A model generated the notes under the pieces. That model was not told the DNA's origin and ran no database searches. It saw only the letters and a list, made by a program, of their open reading frames with translations. The translations under genes and the position numbers were made by a program. Source: Magallana gigas (Eukaryota). From it: a stretch of 64,000 bases of DNA. The stretch lies in assembly GCF_963853765.1 (NCBI RefSeq), contig NC_088854.1:16306001-16370000 (forward strand), in the 5' to 3' direction. Of this stretch, positions 12,501-23,317 are shown piece after piece. Each line of letters begins with the position of its first letter. The first letter of the stretch is position 1.

Positions 12501-15500
12501 CGATTAATGCAGACTTGAATGATGGTATGCTGCCATCCTCGGCTACTTTGTTATTCAAATGGTCAATGTAAATGCTAAAGAATTTTCACGGGCATGATTT
12601 GGGTAACATTTCGACCTTTTTTGTCAATTCTTCGACAGAAAGATTAATGATGGATTAAATCCATTATCTGGAGCCTATTCTAATCAATGTTCATCGCACC
12701 AGGCATGTTTGCAAACACTTGAAACATCTAATTGAAAGTGGCCCAAGCGTCACTATGTAAATATAAGGACGATGGGAATGCAATGCTAGGAATGAAAGCA
12801 CAAGAATTAAACGAGATCAGTGGTCAATCCCCCCTCCCCCCAAAAAGCTTTGAAATCATGAAAATTGTACCTAGATACTTAAAATTTTAAAAAGAGTTAT
12901 CTGAAATAGATATGTGACAATTAAGTACCTAACAAATAAAAAATCACAAAAATGACCTTTAAATCTCATGCCCTCTTATAGTTTATAATTTTTATTCTCT
13001 CAAATTCTTGATTTACACTTTTCAACCAAAAGTAAAATATCTAAGAGAAAATCAAAACAAATTAAGATATTACAAGAATTAAAGTACCAAATTTGTTCAT
13101 AATTACCAATGAACTCATAATGTATTATTTTCTTGTCGTCTGCTCGTGACGTCATTAAACCATAGACGTTGGCCGCTATGTACATGCTCATGTAACAGGA
13201 CTCGTCTTCGTATAAGTAATCAAAACTTGTGCATTTAAACGAGTTTTCTGCGAGACATAAATGTGCGCACGCCACAAGAGACACCCCAACTACAGTCTTC
13301 TGATAAATCTGCTCTCCTTCTAACTGTCGCAGGCTACCATATCCAAAATTCAGAAAGTATTCCAATGGGCCATCTGGGGAAAAAAACAAATACTTTACCT
13401 TTAAAAAGTCATACAGGTGAACATTTTTATTTAAAAATCATATTTAACATTTTTATTTAAGCTTGATATATACTAATTGTCTTTTTGTTTTCATATTCTT
13501 TGCAAAAACGTAAAATATCGGGTCGAAAAAATGTTTAAGTTGCAAACGCACTTGATTGCCGTTCATAATAATCCACGCCAGCTTGTGGTATTAAACCATG
13601 CGAGCCCGAGGGAGAGAGGTCTGTCAACCAGCATTTCCGGGAGCTCAGTTCATAGTCAAAGCCCAGACACCTGAAGGTCATCTCAAGGACACATCGCCTG
13701 GCGCACTGCTCCACGCTGACGTTGGCGATCTGACTCTTGTGGTCAAACGTCAAAATGTGATTTGGAAGACGGTTGAATAGGCGCTCAAAATAAGCTAAAG
13801 AAGATGAAAAAGATTGAAATTCTAATCACTATTTTTTCCATCATTCTCCGTAAAACAACGTGATTATTAATGTATCCATTTTACTCACGTCAAAGAACGG
13901 ATTCAAATTCGGCTAGAAAATTTTGATTTTGAAGTTTTAATTGATAGATACTTTTAAACTCAGGGTAGAACAAATTTATTTTGAAGTTGTCCCATGTGAG
14001 TTACGAATTACTATTGCCCGACATTGTAGGTGATAAAAACTCGTGTAACGCAACCATTTAATGGTTATTGTTCTAAAGTACGATCGACAAGAGAGGGGAT
14101 AATTTGTGAAAACCTTCTTACTTCTGTAATGGTCGGTGTTTTTTGACACAATCAGAGACAGTGTATGGTCCTCTAGAGAGTGATTATGTAATCTACACGT
14201 CAGGAGTATGTTGTCCACGTCAAATGATCGACAATCAAAAGAAGTTTCCTGTGCGCATGATTTCGCGCATTCCTCAACGCTTGAATTTCTTAAAGTTTTC
14301 ATTGGAAGTGTGGGCATCCTTAATTTTGGCATCCGAAAAAACAGCGATTTAAATACGATATCACCTGAAAGAACAAAGAAATATTCTGATGAGGACTTTC
14401 AGAGTACACATGATATCTCTTACAATTTCTAAATAATTCTTCTATAAGTGAAAATCGTAAACAAAAGTGTATATTTTTGGAAATACAAGTTTATAAGTTG
14501 GCAGGTTTTGACAGCTACATTTCGTTTCGTTGGAAAAGCATGAGTTGCCTTAAAAAATAAGGTTATTTTTCGCAAGGTGTAAAGCGTTTTGGAGAATTTT
14601 GCCACCTGACATTAAGAAGAAATAAACTTCACACTTAACAGAATTAGACACAGAGTTTGAAATAGAAAATTTGGTACTTAAGATTACCAAGCACCACCTC
14701 ATTAACAGGGCACTCTTCTAACTGATCCCACATTAAAGAATTTTCAATTTAGGGACAATCCGAAAGGTGAACTACATGGGGAGGGGATCATTCCGTCTCT
14801 TGTGACTCAAGATAAGCCAAGATAATAATTCTCTCTGATCTTCCCCCGGCTTCTGCCAATTTGTAACGACCGCTACTTGACATTATCAAAATAATTAGAC
14901 ACATATCTCTTTTGCATTTATATTTTCTCCCGTAAAATGCGATTTTCGTTGTTAGCGGTAGTAAGAGTTTGAGAAGAGAGTTCTAATGCTGAACGCTTTT
15001 ATTGCTGCAAGAGATACTTATTTTTCCATTTATAAATCTCCGGCCACTTGCATGGAATTGAATTAATTTCTCTGTATAGAAATGACTGGGCGTCAGAAAC
15101 AGACAAAATTGACTTGACGGAACGGAAGTGTTCCGGAATTGTCATACGTTTGGTCATACAGTTCTTTCAGCATGTTGAGTGTTGATCGAGACTAAGAATG
15201 TTCCCGTATTGGACCTGATGAAATGCACTCCAAGGACGGATTGTCTAGACGAGGAAATAGTTAGCGCAGTATAAAAAAAAACATATCGATACAGATGTAT
15301 TCTTTTCTCTCTTGTATTATCTAGGGGGAAAGGCGCGAATGGTTTGTTTTTTCTTCTTCACAAATTACGGGTGCCAAGAATTCGAGAATAAACAAATTAT
15401 AAAGGAAAAGGAAAAAATGAAAGGTAATTACTACTGCTGACTAGGACCATCTTTAATTCAAACTCATCGATGTGGAGGGGAAATTGGTCTTCCATTATAA

Positions 15501-16543
15501 ATGATGGTGAATTTGAGAGGTTAACAGGCGTGTGGGCTGGGGGAGGAGGAATGGAATGCTGGGACCCACCCCTCCCCGCAATCATTAGATGCCACATCTA
15601 AGCTAACTTCATCCAAACCGTGAAATACGAGACAGAAATGGTTGTATTCACGATGGGGGTTAAGACTTTTAATTACGCACGGCGATTATATTATTTACTT
15701 CTACTCGGCATTCAGATATAAATATTAAGCTCTATATAATATGTAATTTTGCGAAACATTCACGCCGCGCCAAACATTTCACAGATGCAACGATAGGGTT
15801 ATTTTGGTGAAGGGGTATATCTGATCTCTCAATAGCGATTTCTCTCTCGTTTTGTGTGAATAATCCTGAACCATGTTTGAAGTTAATTTAAAGGTGTTCA
15901 AACTTTTGTTACAATATACATCTGCTTTTTATTTTTCGGGTCGTTTATTTTAAAAATATTCATAAGTAATTTATTCAACTTTACATGGAACACATTTCAC
16001 GGTAGTGCCATTGCTTGCCGCTATAATCGTGTAAGCAATCTTCATCCCACTGGATTAAAATAAAAATTTGCTGAATATCTGATTTCTTATTAAACCTCGT
16101 CGTAGAAAGATTTCAGTTAAAAATACTTAACAAAATTCATAATACCAATTTTCCCGTATATTACTATTTAAAAATAAATGGCACTTCACATATTTATACT
16201 TATCGTAGATTCTGTCATAGAATATTGAGCTTGGTTGAAAACTTAATAGGGAATTTGTTTACAGCGTGGATCAAGTCGTGATATCCATACGTTGAAAATA
16301 TGTGATGCTTAGCGTTTAGAAAATCACAGAACCTTATAATTTTCTTATAATTTAAACAAATGTAAACTTTAATGATTTAGAAAAAGGAAACAAAATTATC
16401 TTCTTAAAAAAATTACTAATAACTTTATAATATAAATTTAATCATTGCCTTCATATATCAAATATAAAACAGAGAAATGTCACCTTACCTTCAGAAAAAC
16501 ACAAGAGGGTCAGCACCAGCACTACAAATCGACAGGTGTCCAT
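9561..16543 (-). CDS. Type I membrane protein: signal peptide + 4 PAN/apple + 2 CUB + Ser/Thr-rich stalk + TM + short cytoplasmic tail (11 exons, 726 aa)
   Basis: Manually spliced GT-AG exons: 16543-16489 (MDTCRFVVLVLTLLCFSE), 14364-14122 (PAN1), 13794-13552 (PAN2), 13373-13107 (PAN3), 12193-12048 + 11899-11791 (PAN4), 11700-11588 + 11452-11233 (CUB1: CGG..LASPNWPRNYGHNLNCSWTI), 10661-10104 (CUB2: CGG..MSSPGWPSKYSPSQNCTWVI + stalk), 9873-9729 (TM LAIAILAISFALVITILLGVVVVTC), 9642-9561 (tail ...SSAYEQDK*). Total 2181 nt with all phases compatible. PAN signatures are CA..C....F.C.SFDY/FDV. AATAAA lies about 55 nt past the stop. Confidence 0.85.
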
Positions 16544-16684
16544 TTCATCAAGACCCCACAGGTGAAAGCTAGATTCCTCGTTTCTTCCTTCTAATACGCT
16601 ATAATTGTAACCTTCCAAGCATCAAAGACCCTCGGCGAGTGACTAGGAATATCCGTTTCATTGAGACCGCTTTTTTATGATTTG

Positions 16685-16694
16685 ATCACGTGAC
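16685..16694 (-). promoter_or_regulatory. Extended E-box (GTCACGTGAT on minus strand; USF/MITF-TFE-type site) upstream of the PAN-CUB gene
   Basis: ATCACGTGAC about 140 bp upstream of the ATG at 16543. The same 10-mer precedes stomatin A. Confidence 0.35.
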
Positions 16695-18928
16695 TTACGA
16701 TGGGGGTCGTTGATGAAACTGTGAGCAAAAAATGCCTGATTTTGAACAATTCAGTTAGTTGACGGTCTACTATCAATAAATGGATCCGGAAACAGAGAAA
16801 TTTATCTTCCGGTAATCGCCATATCTCAGTGGTATTAATTAGGGTTATAATAGGTACTCGGCTATTGGAATATAGAAGTGCGAAGAGTTCGATGTAAACG
16901 AGATATTTATTGTTTACAAACAAGTAGACATGCTTATTGATAAACAAACAAACTTGATGAAAAACTTTTAACTAGCTGTTTACACGGTAAATGAGACATG
17001 CTCTACTATCAATAATTGATATCTTTTGAGTATTTTTTTTATAAATACCAATAATATAAGCAGTTTTAACACACTTCGGCAAAATCGGGTGTGACAATTT
17101 TGTTTGCTATTTACCTGCGTATGAACAACATATATACTGAATCACTAACGGAAAAAAGTAATCGGAAGACCCCGGAAACAAGAGTACTTGTTAGACGTCA
17201 ATATGACGTGTTGAGGTTGAAATTTAAAATATGTGCGCGTGTTTTACAAATTCTTTGGATTTTTTTTCATTTTACTATAAGATGAAAGATATATGTAACA
17301 TAAAAAATGTAAACTTAATAATTAAACCTTTAAATTAGCACATAGATGGAGGAATAAGTTGATAATTATTTGGATTTAACAAAACATTAATTTAAGAAGA
17401 ATTTTATACAATATGTAAATACATTGAATTGGATCAAACAGCAGGCAATATGCCTATATAAATTCCAACAAAACATCAAATTTTTAACTAAAAGAGAACA
17501 ATTTTTAAAAATATCTTTTAAAAATATCAAAATGATTTATCAATGTTTCGGCAATTGATACGTCGCTCAAGGAGCGAAACAAAACATGAAACCAAATAAA
17601 ATAAATTCCCATTGCGTCAGCTACATGAAGTTACATACATCAACTGGGTGGTATTTGCAATGTGTAGTTCATATAACAGATATTCTTTATCAATCTCAAA
17701 AACTTTTTTAGGAATAACAATAACCTCTTTGGGACGAGACAAAGGTTTTCATGACTATGTTTTTGTGTGTAGAATCGTGTTCACGTTCTTTGAAATTTAG
17801 ACTACTTAGTAATGGCCATTAGTCCAAATTTAATTTTACAGCGTTTATTCTATTGAATTCAACAGAGAAGTTGTCATATTTAAGGAACAGCGTCAGAAAT
17901 GTAAGAGATAGTTATGTTTTAGCAGCTGCCTTTACAGGATGGGGAAGGTCGAAATTGATGACCTGAGATGAAACAATCTGAAGTTAGTAACTAATGAACA
18001 ATCCCAAAGAGCCATCGTGTCTATCTGGGGTTGGGTCTCTTAAGAAACTAGCTGATTGTCCCCAAGACAAAATCGAGATAGAACCAAACGATCCATAGGA
18101 GAACAGCCAAAACCGAACATCCCAATCAATTAATGATGAATTTACAAGCTAGTCTCGGAATTCCTCGCATCCCGGTTCTTCTCGGATAATACGATTATCT
18201 TAGATCGCCTCGTTCTGGAAGTGGCCTTACATCATTGCAATGGAAGCAACACATAAAGACATAAAATCTTCAAAGACTATCATACTCTATAATTGTGTTA
18301 ACAAGAGAGTTTTCTGTAGGGAATATCAGAAATACCATGTTTTTGTGGATGTAGATGATCAATTTAGCGGTCTTGTTACCGTATTGGTCTCCTTGGAGTT
18401 TTCGGTTGTTCCTCGCGATTAAGAACTGCGCAGAAACGCGTGATGTAGTGACTGTACCGAGAATCCCATAAAATATGACTTTTACACGGGGGCCAAATTA
18501 TTGCTTCGTTTTTTGTGAGTTTTATCAAGGAAACACTCAGACAAGAGAAGAGAGAAAAAATATGTATTTAAAATAATAATCCTCCTATTCGTCTGATGTG
18601 TTGAATATTATTAACTTTGAAACACCGATAGTATCATTCTCAATTGTTGAACACTGTGAAGATGCTCTGTTATATACTTATACAGGAGATTGGCGATCCC
18701 GCCATCTCCTATCACCAACCACAAGAGTTAAGTGTTGTTCGTCATATATAAATCCATGCCTTCAATAATTATCTTATTTGTTGAATTACAATTCCCATTT
18801 GAGTTTAATCAAAAGGTGAAAATATTAGTCATTTTGACCTCTTTTTGTACCAGAATTGTGTGTATTTTGCTGCCCCATTAATTTCTTGCAATGCAATGTA
18901 ACGGATGAATGCAAGGATATAAGGAATA

Positions 18929-19205
18929 GGGAATCATTCTTTGAGTATTATGAGGTGATAATTTCGGTCGGGGCGTGATCAAATCCAATAAAGCCCGAAG
19001 GGCTTTATGATAGATTTGATCACGCCCCGACCGAAATTATCACCTCATAATATTCAAAGAATGATTCCTTATTACTTATATTTATATAGTTCTAAGCCAT
19101 CGCACGATTAAGTATTTAAATATAAATAAGCAAACCCCGCTGGCGCCTCAATTTGGCGTCATTTGTATTATGGGTTATATAGTACAAAATCGATACGTAG
19201 TGTTA
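18929..19205. mobile_element. Palindromic element: ~65-bp near-perfect hairpin arms (apex gcccGAAgggc) plus unique body running into the assembly gap
   Basis: ggaatcattctttgagtattatgaggtgataatttcggtcggggcgtgatcaaatc ... gatttgatcacgccccgaccgaaattatcacctcataatattcaaagaatgattcc (18929-19068). Confidence 0.7.
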
Positions 19206-19356
19206 NNNNNNNNNNNNNNNNNNNNNNNNNNNNNNNNNNNNNNNNNNNNNNNNNNNNNNNNNNNNNNNNNNNNNNNNNNNNNNNNNNNNNNNNNNNNNNN
19301 NNNNNNNNNNNNNNNNNNNNNNNNNNNNNNNNNNNNNNNNNNNNNNNNNNNNNNNN
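19206..19356. other. Assembly gap (N run)
   Basis: Run of N. Confidence 0.99.
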
Positions 19357-21630
19357 AGCTTGATTGTTTTAGCTTACCTGAGCCAAACACTAGAATGCAC
19401 TTTGCTTGGCGTCTGTTGTCGGCGTGGCTTACGCAATCAACAACATATCAACCAGGTGGTTTTGTTGTAGATTTCTCTGTTTTTCAGTGTACATGTATAT
19501 ATTTTGCCATATAGTTGTTCGTTTTGAATTAACGTCCTTTCGCCGCTCATTATAAGAGAGGCTCAATAGGGGTTTTACGTAGGAATGTATGGAGAAAAAC
19601 CTCCGGAATTTAATGATTATGTAAATAGAAGCTTCAAAATTATTCAGATTCAGTCCACATTAGAATTTTATAGGAAACACGTTACAGCAAAATATTTTTC
19701 CAACCCAAATATTAAGGTTTGAAACTATACGGATTATTTTTCATAAGTATTCATTCCATACTCCAAACAAATCTATGAAATATAGTAGGAGTCAATGCAT
19801 GGAAATATTTCTTATGTAAATAAATTCTCAATAAGCGAAATTGACATGGTAGTGAGCTAATTTTGAAAGTTGAAGACAATACATGCTTTGAAACAAGCAG
19901 TGTCAGGAAACCAAAAAATGCTCTAATTTGTTTAAATGGATTAGGTTAATGTTTGGGTAGACTCAGTTTGCGTTTAGCTGCTCTTATATTCTATAGTAAA
20001 TATACACTGCACTTGGGCCAATGTTAGAATTCTCGCAGGTTAGCAACACGGCACAAGGACCTGCTGGGAATTGCTGTATGGGTAACCAGATAGAGGGGGT
20101 TTAAACTGAAAAATCTTCTTTGTCTACGAAGACGAAGATAATACAAATTATAAATATTTCTATCATGGTTACCTATACAACTTATGAATAATGGTATTTT
20201 CTTTCTTTCACTTTGTTACATTGTTGTTATTGTTATGCAACATGCATGGTTTTCTTTTAAAGTCTTTTAGTCGATGTCATGCGATATCTTATATAAGTTT
20301 TAAAAAATACTATAAAAAGTTGACGTTTGTTGATTAACACAAAAGTTTTCTGTTCAAAAGTGTTTTTATGAATTTAATTCACAAATCAAATCTGAAGAAC
20401 AATCAAGCAAAAACCGTCATGGACATTCATATTTTGTATGTTTTAATACTGTAGAAAATGTCAATTTTAACAGACAATCCATCTAAATAGCTCAGAACTC
20501 TACTGCCTGGAGAAGTTATAGGGACACTCTCTTGTACAATCCAATACACTGCTGGTAATTGTAAATACAACGAAATCGGTAATTATGATTGTATGCTGGA
20601 TAAATATGACACGAGGAAAATTGACTCGATAGAACACAATGGTATATCCATGACTTGGCTGTATTCCTTTGGCTCTCCCACAGCCTTGTCGTATTGTGAT
20701 TTCATATAACCGGAAAGACAGCCACTGGTGTTGTGTTACTGACTGGGGCACGGAGAATTACACTGGTCCCCTACTGCCTCCTTCTGGGTCAAGAATTACC
20801 GTGTACTCACATGGTCATTGTGTTTATAGATCGATAACCTTTATACCTCCAGCTGACTGGAGTTATTATTTCACGTTATTTAACTTCATTTGTAAAACTG
20901 TATTCGCAGTATGCAAGTAGAATAGAATAAGTGATAGTTATTATCTACACGATCTGTTATGTGGGATATGAGTACCACTACTGTCCGTTAAAGCGACCAA
21001 AGACGACAGCAGCAAGGCTTCACGATAAAGTATTACACGGAGTTCACATTTTCTATAACAATTTATTTTTTTTTCTCTCAAATCATGAAATAAGTATAAG
21101 TATATTTTGCGCAAACCGTTCGGTTGGTTTGCTATACTATGCTATGACAACCAATGTCTCAGAGACTCTTGGCTCATTCACATATGTTGGGCATAACAAG
21201 TATATGTCTCATGTTTCAATCAAGTTTTGCACTATGTCAGTTATGTGTTTTTGTTTTCCCGCTTTTAATGGATGGGTTACAGGTCCTTTGTTCAAAAACA
21301 TCTCCATAAGAGTCAAATCGCTTTATTTGCCTTTTTTTTTTATCAACAATATTCATCAACAGCATGATCATTCACATTTACATTAACAGCAATATATGGT
21401 GTAGTTTTTTCATCACGTATACAGAATTCTGATTTGAATTTGTTATCTTTAACTCAAACATGTCAGGTCATTTATGATTACAGAATGAAAAGATTTTCCA
21501 AACTGAAAAATGAGTTTACCCTACCCTTTATCAATCAAACATCAAGTGCCATTTACGAAATCAAATATAAATAGTATATACAGAGTCACCATTAATGGCG
21601 CATTTTAAGAAAAAACAAAATGAAAAATCT

Positions 21631-23317
21631 AACAAGAGGCCCATAGGCCCTGACAGTCACCTGAGTACTAGACCCCATCGATGGACCTATTAGCGAGTCT
21701 TATGTTAAAACCCTAGGCTATGGCATATCAAACGTTGCAGTATTCGATCTTTTCCATTCGTATTGTATAATTTTCCATTTGTATTGTATAATTTTCCATT
21801 TGTATTGTATAACTTTCATTTGTATTCTATAATTTCCATTTGTATTCTATAATTTTCCTTTTGTATTCTATAATTTTCCATTTGTATTGTATAAATATTC
21901 ATTTGTTTCGTATGATTTTCCATTTGTATTGTATAATTTTCCATTTGTATTGTATAATTTTCCATTTATATTGTATAATTTTTCATTTGTATTGTATAAT
22001 TTTCTATTTGTATTCTATAATTATACAATACAAATTGAAAATTATACAAAACCAGTGGAAAATTTTATAATACAAATTGAAAATTATAGAATATAAATAA
22101 AAATATTTACAATATAAATGAAATTCATACAATACAAATGAAAAATCATACAATATAAATTGAAAATTATACAATACAAATGAAATTTATACAATGCAAA
22201 TGGAAAATTATACAATACAAATGGAAAATTATACAATACAAATGAAATTATACAATGGAAATAAAAAATTATAGAATACAAATAGAAAATTATACAATAC
22301 AAATAGAAAATTATACAATGCAAATGAATATTTATAAGATACAAATGGAAAGATCGAATATTGCAACGTTTGACATGCCATACTAGGCATCATCTAACAC
22401 TCATACGACTGTAACTCCCGCTTTTATTATTTTATGTTTGCAAACATCCATTCATAAAAGGGAGTGGATGCAAGAGTAGGCAGAATATCGGATTTTCTAT
22501 ATCAAGGGCCAAAGAATTTAAAATTTTGGTAAATAGAGACTTGCAGGCCTTTAACGGTCACTTGTCAATGAGTAAAATAGTTTTCTCGAGAATGTGCGTT
22601 TTTTTAATTCTCTTCAGTTATTAAAGTATTGTGAAGGCAAAGGACTTAAATGCGCTTACTATGGGCTTCTGTGCACAATAAGTTACAAAATCAAAAAGAT
22701 TTTCTAAGATAAAATACATTTTCACTATATGACCATACTGGCCCAGCCCAAGGGCCTGAACCCCTGATTCAGGGGTTATGAATTTCTCAGTTAGATAGAG
22801 GGCTTCATTGACGCCATAATAAAGGAATTTAATTTTTCTCAAATACTTATGGGAGAAGAGACGAAGGTTTTTAAGATTTTATACTTTTTCACTATTTGAC
22901 CATATTGGTCCCACCCAATGGCCCGAACTCCTGACCCAGGGGCCATTAATTTCACATATAAGGTAGAGGGATTCGTGGACTTCATAACCATGCACTAGCT
23001 TTCTTATAATTTATATGAGAGGAGAGAAGAAGATTTTCTAAGATTTAATACATATTTAATATACATGTACTACCATATTGGCACCACCCATGGGTCTGAA
23101 CCCCTGACCCTGGGGCCTTAAATTTTACAATTTTTCATAGAAGAATTCTCGGACATTATAACAATGCATTTAGTTCTTTTTACAGGAGTGAGAATTGATT
23201 TTTTAAAAATTTTGCACTGTTGCATATTTTTCCCCGTTCAGGAAGCCACAAAATAAAGAAAATTCTGACGGACAAATACCAATGGCAATGACCTGAGTGA
23301 CACAGGTAACCTTAAAA
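21631..23317 (+). mobile_element. Non-autonomous Helitron/Helentron-type (HINE-like) repeat carrying Cg170-like ~166-bp satellite units, interrupted by the IS3EU-like element
   Basis: Starts aacaagaggcccataggcc...gtcacctgag. About three diverged ~166-bp units (cactatatgaccata..ggccc..gaacccctga..ggg..tgaattt) at 22720-23230. Ends gacggac...gacctgagtgacacaggtaaccttaaaa. Family name is from recall of oyster repeats. Confidence 0.65.
21719..22382. mobile_element. Non-autonomous IS3EU-like DNA transposon (TATGG...CCATA termini, 6-bp TSD) made of inverted 21-bp tandem arrays
   Basis: Left TIR TATGGCATATCAAACGTTGCAGTATTCGATCTTTTCCATT; right TIR (reverse complement) TATGGCATGTCAAACGTTGCAATATTCGATCTTTCCATTT. 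Direct repeat CTAGGC at 21713-21718 and 22383-22388. The interior is (ttttccatttgtattgtataa)n, which then flips to its reverse complement near 22020. Confidence 0.8.

Noticed and set aside
14640-15300. GC-richer intronic island in the PAN-CUB gene
   Set aside because: Short frames with stops and no recognisable motif. Exons 1 and 2 join in frame without it.
17980-18480. Coding-like island (e.g. MNNPKEPSCLSGVGSLKKLA, vaguely like a Polinton/integrase N-terminus)
   Set aside because: Frames are broken within about 35-65 codons and no catalytic motifs follow. The similarity is too weak to call.
19163-19514. ORFs spanning the N run (likewise 56163-56465)
   Set aside because: Artefacts of the assembly gaps.
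21840-22344. ORFs 21840-22070, 21887-22096 and 22084-22344 with repeated YCIIFHL / FVLYNFP
   Set aside because: Translations of the 21-bp tandem repeat inside the IS3EU-like element, not genes.
21745-22345. Regular direct repeats that could be mistaken for a CRISPR array
   Set aside because: Units are head-to-tail with no unique spacers, in a eukaryotic context with no cas genes.
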